Positions 7,994-15,952 of a stretch of DNA of 33,541 bases are shown here, one piece after another. The stretch comes from Oscillospiraceae bacterium (GTDB lineage: Bacteria; Bacillota; Clostridia; Oscillospirales; Ruminococcaceae). The stretch's first letter is position 1; each line of letters opens with the position of its first letter. Made by a program: the position numbers and the translations under genes. The notes below the pieces were generated by a model, which was given only the letters and a program-made list of their open reading frames with translations, did no database searches and was not told where the DNA came from. The DNA lies in NCBI GenBank assembly GCA_900765125.1, contig CAAFQL010000257.1, positions 1-33,541 on the forward strand, read 5' to 3'.

Positions 7994-9883
7994 ATGAAAA
8001 ACAAAGCAATGAGTGCTTTCACAGGCTTCTGTATAGACAAAGCAAAGCTGCTGTACGGGTGTGTGCAGAAAATATGTATCTGGCAGAATAAAAATACACT
8101 TAGGTTTCCAATGACTAACCGATTTTTGCTGATACTCTTTCCCATATTTTTAGTTTGTATGTCCGAGCTTACGGTAAATAAATACCCAAGTAAGTTGGTT
8201 CTATTTATAGCAGAACATCCGGGCATAATGCTGTTTGACGTTTTGGTCATAGCGTCGATATTCTGGGGACTTATGCTTATCTTACGGCGAGGGTGGCTTG
8301 CCATGCTTATTGAATCAATAGGAGTAATGGCACTCAGTATAGCAGAGTTATTTAAGTATGGAACTAACGGCAATCATCTGATGCTGCCCGATATGATGCT
8401 CACAGGCAATATTATTTCTCTAAAAGGATTTGCCTACATAAAAATAACCCCGAGGCTGGTCATAACGGTACTTATAGTTATAGGTTATCTTGTCGCAGCG
8501 TTTATTCTGAATCCTAAAATCAGTAAGAAATTAAAGCTTCCCGTACGATTTGTTTCAGGACTTGCTTGTTTGTCCTGCTGCGTATTACTGGTGATCTTTC
8601 CATCATTTTCACAGCCCTTATATGAGCTTTTTGGGCTTGATACAAAGCCGGCAAATAATACGTTTATACTCAACGAAAAGTACGACAACAATAGCTTTAT
8701 TGCATTCTTTATGCAGACAGGTTCCGAAGGATTTGCCGGAGGTTTATCAGAACCTGATAATTACGAGGAAGATGGTGACAGTGTTATAGAATCCTATCTT
8801 TCAAAGCCGGAAGAAAAGGACGAATACTTCAAAAACGGTAAACCTAATGTTGTTGTGATAATGTCGGAGTCCTTTGCTGATTTCAGAGCATTTGACGAAC
8901 TGGAAGATGTTATAGGCGGTACATACAGAAACTTTGACAGAGCAGCTGATATGGGCTATTCCGGAACAGCTATTGCACCTACATATGCAAGCTACACTGT
9001 ACGTACGGAGTTTGAGCTTATGTTTGGTCTGCCGGTAAAATCCCTTGACGATCCAAGTATGCCTAACAGAGTGCTTCTTGATAGACCACAGCCCACCATT
9101 CCTGCATATTATAAATCATGGGGATATAACACAGCATATATCCATCCATATCTTGCAAGCTTCTATGGAAGGAACAAGATATATGCAAACTTTGGTTATG
9201 ATACCATGATCTTTGATACAGATTTTACCGTACCAATAGAGTATTTTGGTACGTATGTTGATGACAACACGGTTCTTGCTCAGATAGAACAGCTTTTGAA
9301 TGAATCGGAAGAACCGATGTTTATTCACACGACAACAATGCAGAATCATCAGCCGTACACTCAGGGTGATGGGGATGAATTTGATAATTATCTTACATGG
9401 GTAAGACACACAGTTGATGGGTTTAAAGCATTTCTTACACGAATGGAGAGTTTTGACGAGCCAACAGTAGTATTGTTTATAGGTGACCATTTCCCGTCAC
9501 TAAGAGGAGATGACGGTATATATGCGCAGCTTGGAATAACAAGTGAAAATTGTGATACACTGTATGAGCAGAAGTACATTCTGTGGAACAACTGCGGACT
9601 TGATAATAATGTTCTGCCTGAGGAGAATGTATCAGTATTCTATCTGCCTTATGTGATAATGGAATGGATAGACGCACCCAGAGATGCGTTCACGCAGACT
9701 ATGATGGATGAAATGCTTGTAACGCCTGTATATTCAACTAATTACAATCCGAATCAGGCGTCGAATACAAAGCTTGACGCACTTACCTATGACCACATAC
9801 TGGGAGATATAGTAGCGCCCAGTGCCCTTGATACGCTTGGGGGTAAGAAAACGGCAGCCGAGGCAGAGGAAGATAATAAATAA
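7994..9883 (+). CDS. LTA synthase family membrane sulfatase (LtaS-like phosphoglycerol transferase)
   Basis: About 5 N-terminal TM segments, then PNVVVIMSESF, TVRTEFE, HPY, TMQNHQPY, FIGDHFP. Start placed at ATG 7994 (GGTGAG upstream) because the track start at 7874 lies inside the promoter. Confidence 0.88.
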   Translation: MKNKAMSAFTGFCIDKAKLLYGCVQKICIWQNKNTLRFPMTNRFLLILFPIFLVCMSELTVNKYPSKLVLFIAEHPGIMLFDVLVIASIFWGLMLILRRGWLAMLIESIGVMALSIAELFKYGTNGNHLMLPDMMLTGNIISLKGFAYIKITPRLVITVLIVIGYLVAAFILNPKISKKLKLPVRFVSGLACLSCCVLLVIFPSFSQPLYELFGLDTKPANNTFILNEKYDNNSFIAFFMQTGSEGFAGGLSEPDNYEEDGDSVIESYLSKPEEKDEYFKNGKPNVVVIMSESFADFRAFDELEDVIGGTYRNFDRAADMGYSGTAIAPTYASYTVRTEFELMFGLPVKSLDDPSMPNRVLLDRPQPTIPAYYKSWGYNTAYIHPYLASFYGRNKIYANFGYDTMIFDTDFTVPIEYFGTYVDDNTVLAQIEQLLNESEEPMFIHTTTMQNHQPYTQGDGDEFDNYLTWVRHTVDGFKAFLTRMESFDEPTVVLFIGDHFPSLRGDDGIYAQLGITSENCDTLYEQKYILWNNCGLDNNVLPEENVSVFYLPYVIMEWIDAPRDAFTQTMMDEMLVTPVYSTNYNPNQASNTKLDALTYDHILGDIVAPSALDTLGGKKTAAEAEEDNK

Positions 9884-9904
9884 CAGTATTAAGGAGAGAA
9901 TGTT

Positions 9905-10303
9905 ATGAGACCAATAATGATCGGGTCAAAGGGGACAGCAGAAACTAATGTAGATGATGGAAAGCTTGCGGTTACAGTTGGCAGCGGCTCGCTGAGGGGA
10001 TATGCAACACCGATGCTTTCCGCTCTTATGGAAGAGGCTGCCTGTAATGCTGTAGAGCCTTATTTAGAGGACGGTGAGACTACAGTGGGAACTTATCTGG
10101 AGCTGAAGCATACAGCAGCTACACCTGAGGGTATGAATGTATATGCTGAGGCAGAGATAATAGAAGTAATCGGCAGGGAAGTAACATATAGTATAACTGC
10201 GAGAGATGAAGCAGGAGAGATAGGCAGCTGTACTCACAAGAGGGTTCAGGTAGGAACAGACAGGTTCATGCAGAAAGTAAGCAGCAAGAAATCAAATCAA
10301 TAA
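9905..10303 (+). CDS. Hotdog-fold thioesterase, FlK (fluoroacetyl-CoA thioesterase)-like
   Basis: GSGSLRGYATPMLSALMEEAA, TVGTYLELKHTAATPEG, EIGSCTHKR. AAGGAG RBS. Confidence 0.88.
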   Translation: MRPIMIGSKGTAETNVDDGKLAVTVGSGSLRGYATPMLSALMEEAACNAVEPYLEDGETTVGTYLELKHTAATPEGMNVYAEAEIIEVIGREVTYSITARDEAGEIGSCTHKRVQVGTDRFMQKVSSKKSNQ

Positions 10304-10600
10304 AAGTTTTTTGGTCCAGCTATTTTTCAAAAATGCTGGTCGCCGTCCGCAGACGGCGAAACATTCAATAGTAAAAAATTGTAGGTACGATAAAAATAGA
10401 ATAAAAACAAAATTCCGCATTTTAAAAAACTTTGCCCTAACATCAAGCTTTATCCAGAAAGCCTTGTTACAGTGCAAAGCAAAGATAAAATGCGGAATTT
10501 TTATACATAGCAAAAGAGGGAGCAAAGCGACCAATTTTTGCGGATGGTATGGGGTTTCTTTAAAACAGAATGATTTATGAATAAAAGCAAAAAGCAATTA
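10304..10600. repeat. Structured intergenic region with several inverted repeats (REP/MITE-like or ncRNA)
   Basis: Hairpins CCAGC/GCTGG (10316-10339) and TCGCCGTC-cgca-GACGGCGA (10340-10359). Perfect 16-bp inverted repeat at 10409-10424 / 10486-10501. Confidence 0.5.
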
Positions 10601-10604
10601 TCCT

Positions 10605-10651
10605 AAAAAAGGCTTTCTGCTATGTACACCACATAGACAGAAAGCCTTTTT
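10605..10651. terminator. Bidirectional intrinsic terminator downstream of glgP
   Basis: AAAAAGGCTTTCTG-CTATGT / ACATAG-a-CAGAAAGCCTTTTT. Confidence 0.85.
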
Positions 10652-10686
10652 ATTATGCGAAATTTTGTTTTTGATATTGATTTGAT

Positions 10687-13092
10687 TTACTTGATGCCCC
10701 AGATGTCCTTTGCATATTCGTTTACTGCACGATCAGCTGAGAAAATACCAGCTCCCGCAATATTGTGCAGTGACATCTGTGTCCACTTCTTTTCATCACG
10801 ATACAGCTCAGAGCTACGCTTCTGAGTTGCTGCATAAGAATCAAAGTCAGCCAGTACCATATATGGGTCAGATGTCTTAAGTGAATTAGCAACCTCGTTG
10901 AACTTGCAGCCGTTGATACCGGAGTACATACGGTCAATACAATTACGGATAATTCCGTTGTTGTGGTAGTACTGCTCAGGATTATAGCCACGTGCCTTCA
11001 GTTCATTTACTTCCTCAGTCTTCATACCGAAGATAAGAATGTTGTCCTCACCAACAGCATCACCGATCTCAATATTAGCACCGTCCAGTGTACCCAGTGT
11101 TACAGCACCATTAAGCATAAGCTTCATGTTGCCTGTACCGGACGCTTCTGTACCTGCCAGAGAGATTTGTTCTGATATATCACTTGCCGGCATCAGCAGC
11201 TCAGAAAGTGTTACCTTATAATCTTCAAGGAAATATACAGAGAGCTTTTTTGATATTCTCGGATTCTTGCGGATTTCTTCAGAAAGTGCCCATATCATCT
11301 TGATGATCTGCTTTGCCAGATAGTAGCCTGGTGCAGCCTTTGCAGCAAAGATATAGGTCTTAGGCGCAAAATCAGCATTCGGATTATCAAGAAGATACTG
11401 ATACTGTGCAAGAATATTCATAACATTCAGGTGCTGACGCTTGTATTCATGGAGACGCTTAACCTGTACGTCGAAAATACTGTCTGTATTCAGGATAATG
11501 CCGCTCTTCTGCTTAACATACTTTGCAAATCTCTGCTTATTGTCCTTCTTGATCCTGCGCAGTGATTCCAGTACAGCAGTATCATTTTCAAATACTTCCA
11601 GCTTTTTCAGTTCACTGCCGTCCATAAGGAAGCCGTCACCGATCTTGTCTCTGAGAAGCTTTGTAAGTCCCGGATTGGACTGGTACAGCCATCTTCTGTA
11701 TGCAATACCATTTGTTACATTCTTGAACTTAGCAGGTGTATCCAGATATTCTTCATGGAATACGGACTCCTTGATGATCTCAGAATGCAGCTTGGATACG
11801 CCGTTTACGCTGTGAGAAGCCATAACGCAAAGTGTAGCCATGTGGATCTGGTTGTCCTTGATGATAGACATACGAGTTGTCTTAGCACTGTCATAACCGT
11901 TGCGCTGCATAAGTTCTGCACAGTAACGGTTGTTGATCTCAACAATAATAGAGAAGATTCTCGGAATAACAGTCTTTACAAGATTTACATCCCATTTTTC
12001 CAGAGCCTCAGCCATTACAGTGTGGTTGGTGTAAGCGAATGTGTTTGTTACAATGTGCCATGCGTGTTCCCATGTATAGCCGCAGTCATCAAGAAGTACA
12101 CGCATAAGCTCCGGGATAGCCAGAGTCGGATGAGTGTCGTTGATGTGAATAGCAACCTTTTCATGGAGGTTATCAAGTGTGCCGTAAACGTTCATGTGGT
12201 GGTTTACAATATCGCCGATAGCTGCTGCACACAGGAAGTACTGCTGACGCAGACGAAGTGACTTACCTTCAAGGTGATTATCGTTAGGATAAAGAACCTT
12301 GGAAATAGCGTTTGCCATAGAGTTCTGGCTCAGTGCGCTTGCATAATTACCATCATTGAATGACTTCATATCAAAGCTTGGTGCTTTAGCCTGCCATAGA
12401 CGAAGTGTGGAAACACCATCACTGCCGTAGCCTGAAACATAGAGGTCATAAGGGATAGCAACTACTGTATTGTAGTTTTCATGAGAAAGGTAGTGATAGG
12501 AATCCTGCCAGTATTCCTTGATGTCACCTTCAAAGTGAACTTCTATAGCTTCATCGGGCTTAGGGTCAAGCCATACACTGCCGCCCGGAAGCCAGTTATC
12601 CGGGAATTCAGTCTGCCAGCCATCTTCAAGCTTCTGCTGGAAAATCCCGTACTCATAGCAAATTGAGTGACCCTTTGCAGGGATTCCCTGTGTAGCCATA
12701 GCGTCGAGATAGCAAGCGGCAAGTCTGCCCAGACCGCCGTTACCCAAACCTGCGTCAGGCTCACACTCAAAAATCTTATCGAGACTAATATCGAATTCTT
12801 TTAAAATAGCGGTGAAGTCTTCAGCCAGTTCCAGATTGTAAAGGGAGGTTTTGAGGGAACGACCCATGAGGAATTCCATTGAAAGATAATATGCCTGTTT
12901 ACGACCCTCGGAATGCACACGATTGGTGAAGTGCTGACGCTTATGCTTCAGAGTTTCAACCATCATTGCAGATAGTGTCTGATAAATCTGCTTGTCAGAG
13001 GCTTCATTCGGTGCAACATTACACTCGAGCATAAGGCGATTTACGAACTTTTCTTTCAGCTCGTTGCGTTTTGCTGTATTTTTATCAGCCAT
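10687..13092 (-). CDS. glgP: Glycogen/maltodextrin phosphorylase (GT35)
   Basis: YYLSMEFLMGR, DAGLGNGGLGRLAAC, VLYPND, LRLRQQYF, INDTHP, AYTNHT, VKRLHEYKRQ, EASGTGNMK (PLP lysine), GTLDGAN. Start placed at ATG 13092 on RBS spacing. Confidence 0.97.
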   Translation of the reverse strand: MADKNTAKRNELKEKFVNRLMLECNVAPNEASDKQIYQTLSAMMVETLKHKRQHFTNRVHSEGRKQAYYLSMEFLMGRSLKTSLYNLELAEDFTAILKEFDISLDKIFECEPDAGLGNGGLGRLAACYLDAMATQGIPAKGHSICYEYGIFQQKLEDGWQTEFPDNWLPGGSVWLDPKPDEAIEVHFEGDIKEYWQDSYHYLSHENYNTVVAIPYDLYVSGYGSDGVSTLRLWQAKAPSFDMKSFNDGNYASALSQNSMANAISKVLYPNDNHLEGKSLRLRQQYFLCAAAIGDIVNHHMNVYGTLDNLHEKVAIHINDTHPTLAIPELMRVLLDDCGYTWEHAWHIVTNTFAYTNHTVMAEALEKWDVNLVKTVIPRIFSIIVEINNRYCAELMQRNGYDSAKTTRMSIIKDNQIHMATLCVMASHSVNGVSKLHSEIIKESVFHEEYLDTPAKFKNVTNGIAYRRWLYQSNPGLTKLLRDKIGDGFLMDGSELKKLEVFENDTAVLESLRRIKKDNKQRFAKYVKQKSGIILNTDSIFDVQVKRLHEYKRQHLNVMNILAQYQYLLDNPNADFAPKTYIFAAKAAPGYYLAKQIIKMIWALSEEIRKNPRISKKLSVYFLEDYKVTLSELLMPASDISEQISLAGTEASGTGNMKLMLNGAVTLGTLDGANIEIGDAVGEDNILIFGMKTEEVNELKARGYNPEQYYHNNGIIRNCIDRMYSGINGCKFNEVANSLKTSDPYMVLADFDSYAATQKRSSELYRDEKKWTQMSLHNIAGAGIFSADRAVNEYAKDIWGIK

Positions 13093-13196
13093 TATAAGCT
13101 CCATCCTCCGGCGGATATTATTTTGAACGGGATTTAATACACAGATATGTGCTTGTGATCCCGGCGGTACAGAGCGCCGATTGTACCACTATATTT

Positions 13197-13225
13197 ATTA
13201 TACCTAATTTTCGTACTTTTTTCAA
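13197..13225 (-). promoter_or_regulatory. Sigma-A promoter of glgP
   Basis: Minus strand TTGAAA (13225-13220), 17-nt spacer, TATAAT (13202-13197). Confidence 0.75.
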
Positions 13226-13519
13226 TAGCTTTTTTTCACAAAGTATTTGTTCAACTCCAAAAATTAAACGTTATTTTTGCCGACATTTGTAAATTGCGTT
13301 TTTTTGTCAGAAGTACGCAGTTTTTTGTATTTTTGCTAATTATGTTTCTTCCGAAGATCAACTGCTGTTAAATGTATACTTATATTAAATTATAAGAGAA
13401 TACTTTTGGAGTTAATCAGAAGTTCATAACTGTAGTGTAAAGATTACAAACGACGTGTAAAATAGACGGGCGGAGATGTACTTGTTGTATGAATAATATC
13501 CGGGTGCAGATCTAAAGTC

Positions 13520-13548
13520 TTGCAATTTGGTTACAAATATGATATAAT
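13520..13548 (+). promoter_or_regulatory. Sigma-A promoter upstream of the long leader and dockerin gene
   Basis: TTGCAA (13520-13525), 17-nt spacer, TATAAT (13543-13548) with extended -10 TG. Confidence 0.8.
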
Positions 13549-13554
13549 AGTAAC

Positions 13555-13889
13555 GTACGGTAAAGGACACGTATGTCTGTTTTGAAGAATACGGTGTCGT
13601 GAACTTATGCAAATACGTATAACTGCGAATATGCAGGGTTGCGTAATGTGCAATGCAATCAAGGCGTGCAAGTGCATATGACCGGGCGCTCTAATGATGC
13701 GTGCAGGACAATGTACAATATTGAAGCACCTGTCTTAGCCTTTTGCGTGCCTATAGAATCTTTAAAAGTAAATATTATGCAGATGCATTGCCAACGGCAA
13801 ACAATATAACTTAAGGCCGTACAGCAATGCAGCCTTGACTGCTGCTTTGCAAATTTCAAACATTGTTATTTAAAAGGAGTAAGCTTAAT
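13555..13889 (+). ncRNA. Candidate long structured 5' leader RNA, family not recognised
   Basis: About 335 nt between the promoter and the RBS/ATG. Several nested stems are visible by eye (detailed in findings). Confidence 0.45.
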
Positions 13890-15308
13890 ATGTTGAAAAG
13901 AATTTCGGCTGTCGGGGTTTCCTGCGTGACTGCACTCGTACTGATGCTGTCGACAATTGCCTCGCCAACAAATGTCTCCGCTGTAACGCTGGAGGAAATG
14001 GCTAATGTAGCTATTGATTGTATTATGTCTCACGAAGGTTCTTATGGTTCTATTAACCCAAATGACTGCGGCGCAGTAAGTGTCGGCAAGCTCCAGTGGC
14101 ACGCTGACAGAGCGCTTACAGTTATGAGAAGAGCCTGCCAGATCGACCCTTCATTTGCGGCTGCGACCTTAGGTTCGTCTCTCTACAATGAAGTTATGAG
14201 TGCATCAAATTGGAATTATCGTACTTTCTCTTCTTCTGAAGCAAGTGCTGCTGCTGCGTTGCTCTCTTCCGATTGCGGAATAGCTGCACAGGATGCGCAG
14301 GCTAATGAAGACGTTCAGGGTTACATAATTACTGCACAGAACATGGGTATTACTGATACAGGTGCTCTTGTGCTTTATGCCGATATTTATAATTTCGGAT
14401 GCGGTATTGCTGCAAGAGTTGCCAAGCGTGCAGCTTCTTATGCCGGCTCTTACAGTTCAGTAACACTTGAAAATATGTATCAGGCAGCACTTAATGATAA
14501 TTTCAGTTCTACAAGTGCTTTTGTTTCCAGAGCAAACATGGTTTATAACTATCTTTGCAGTGCTGGATACGGAAATTCAGCTGTCACACCGGATACTACG
14601 ACAACAACTACTCCTGCAGTCCAGTTTACCGAAGACGGCGCAGGAACATACACCGTTACTGCTTCTTTGCTTAATGTGAGAAGTGGTCCGGGAACCGGTT
14701 ACTCTATTGTTACAACAATTCCAAACGGCGCTGTTATTACTGTTACTGCTACAGGCGGTGATTGGGCGGCTATTACTTATGATAGCTTTGAGGGCTACTG
14801 TTCTGTGGAATACTTAGTTCCATATGAAGATATTAGTACTTCTGAAACCACCACTACTGAGGCTTTGACTACAACTGTAACAGAAATAACAACAGAAGTA
14901 GAAACGACTGAAACTACTACATCTGTTTCTGAGACAGAAACAGAAACAACAGAGATAACTACTGAGACTACTGCTTATGAAGAAACAACAGAAACTGAAG
15001 ATGAAACTACAACAACAACAGTTACTGATGTTACAGCAGAAAGCTCAGAGACTACCACAACAGCTGCAAAAACAAACGTTATTGTAAACAGCGCATATGC
15101 TTCTGTTTACGGCGATGTAAATTGTGATGGAGCTGTTACTGTAGCTGATGCAGTTTTACTGCATAAATATCTGGTTGGTGCCATTTCATTTAATGTTGAA
15201 CAGCTTGCAAATGCTGACTGCTCATTAGACAGCGTTCTTACTACGAAGGATGTAACAGTTATCATGCAGCACCTTTCAGGTTATCTTACAGCACTTCCTA
15301 TTTTATAA
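13890..15308 (+). CDS. Secreted modular protein: lysozyme-like domain, SH3b, Thr/Glu linker, type I dockerin
   Basis: AAGGAG RBS (13874-13879), signal peptide, HEGSYGSINPNDCGAVSVGKLQW, SH3b motif LNVRSGPGTGYSIV...WAAITY..EGYCSVEYL, dockerin YGDVNCDGAVTVADAVLLHKYL...ADCSLDSVLTTKDVTVI. Confidence 0.85.
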   Translation: MLKRISAVGVSCVTALVLMLSTIASPTNVSAVTLEEMANVAIDCIMSHEGSYGSINPNDCGAVSVGKLQWHADRALTVMRRACQIDPSFAAATLGSSLYNEVMSASNWNYRTFSSSEASAAAALLSSDCGIAAQDAQANEDVQGYIITAQNMGITDTGALVLYADIYNFGCGIAARVAKRAASYAGSYSSVTLENMYQAALNDNFSSTSAFVSRANMVYNYLCSAGYGNSAVTPDTTTTTTPAVQFTEDGAGTYTVTASLLNVRSGPGTGYSIVTTIPNGAVITVTATGGDWAAITYDSFEGYCSVEYLVPYEDISTSETTTTEALTTTVTEITTEVETTETTTSVSETETETTEITTETTAYEETTETEDETTTTTVTDVTAESSETTTTAAKTNVIVNSAYASVYGDVNCDGAVTVADAVLLHKYLVGAISFNVEQLANADCSLDSVLTTKDVTVIMQHLSGYLTALPIL

Positions 15309-15320
15309 TCGAAAATCGAA

Positions 15321-15352
15321 AACCCCTCTTGTTAAAAGAGGGGTTATTTTTT
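15321..15352 (+). terminator. Intrinsic terminator, probably bidirectional
   Basis: Stem AACCCCTCTT / AAGAGGGGTT followed by a T tract, between convergent genes. Confidence 0.85.
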
Positions 15353-15361
15353 GTGCATTTT

Positions 15362-15943
15362 TTATTTTTGTGTAATGTCAAGCGTTTTTTCTGATACGAA
15401 TATAAGTGAAGTCTCACACTCAGGAGCAGCGGCGCAAAGGGATATTATATATTTATCCTGTATGACCCATTGCCTGAAGAACGCTCCGGTTATATTAGTA
15501 TAAATGGTATTATTATCGGAAATAGAAAATGCAGCGTTTTTCATAGGATAGGAAACTCCTATTCCTATTGCTTTTACAAAGGATTCTTTTAACGTCCACA
15601 GCCTTGTAAAGGTGAGATCCGCATTTGCTGAGTTTTCTATTTCAAGTGCCTCCGACTCTGTGAACGCACGTCTTACAACGCCATTGCGTACGTTTCTTAT
15701 CCTTTCGCAGTCTGCTCCTATGGTATTTTTTCCCACAGCACATACAACAAGACCATTGCAATGTGAAAGATTTATTTTTATATCTGTGTGAATTTCAACG
15801 AAGGGCTTTCCATGAACGCCTTTGCCGAGGTTATAATGTTCTATACCGTATTCTCGTTTCATTGCAAAACTTAGAAGTCGGTGAGCTGCTTCATGTTGCT
15901 TCTGTGCCAAGCTTTTCCTTAAAAAACAAGCATACAGCGTCAT
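15362..15943 (-). CDS. Sfp-type 4'-phosphopantetheinyl transferase
   Basis: HGKPF, INLSHC, IGADCE and FTRLWTLKESFVKAIGIG motifs. AGGAG RBS. Confidence 0.9.
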   Translation of the reverse strand: MTLYACFLRKSLAQKQHEAAHRLLSFAMKREYGIEHYNLGKGVHGKPFVEIHTDIKINLSHCNGLVVCAVGKNTIGADCERIRNVRNGVVRRAFTESEALEIENSANADLTFTRLWTLKESFVKAIGIGVSYPMKNAAFSISDNNTIYTNITGAFFRQWVIQDKYIISLCAAAPECETSLIFVSEKTLDITQK

Positions 15944-15952
15944 CTTTTTCTC

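Noticed and set aside
10292..10597. ORFs 10292-10597 (-) and 10311-10580 (+)
   Set aside because: They run through inverted repeats and have no convincing RBS or protein motif.
13128..13187. Two short hairpins in the glgP 5' UTR
   Set aside because: Only 6-7 bp stems with no recognisable motif; too weak to call.
13424..13859. Minus-strand ORFs 13424-13612 and 13659-13859
   Set aside because: Antisense to the promoter and leader, with no RBS or motif support.
13555..13889. Assignment of the leader as a c-di-AMP or c-di-GMP riboswitch
   Set aside because: The conserved consensus segments of those families are not visible by eye.
14840..15065. ACT/ACA/GAA-rich repetitive DNA as a tandem repeat or CRISPR-like array
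   Set aside because: It is the codon pattern of the Thr/Glu linker, with no fixed repeat unit or spacers.
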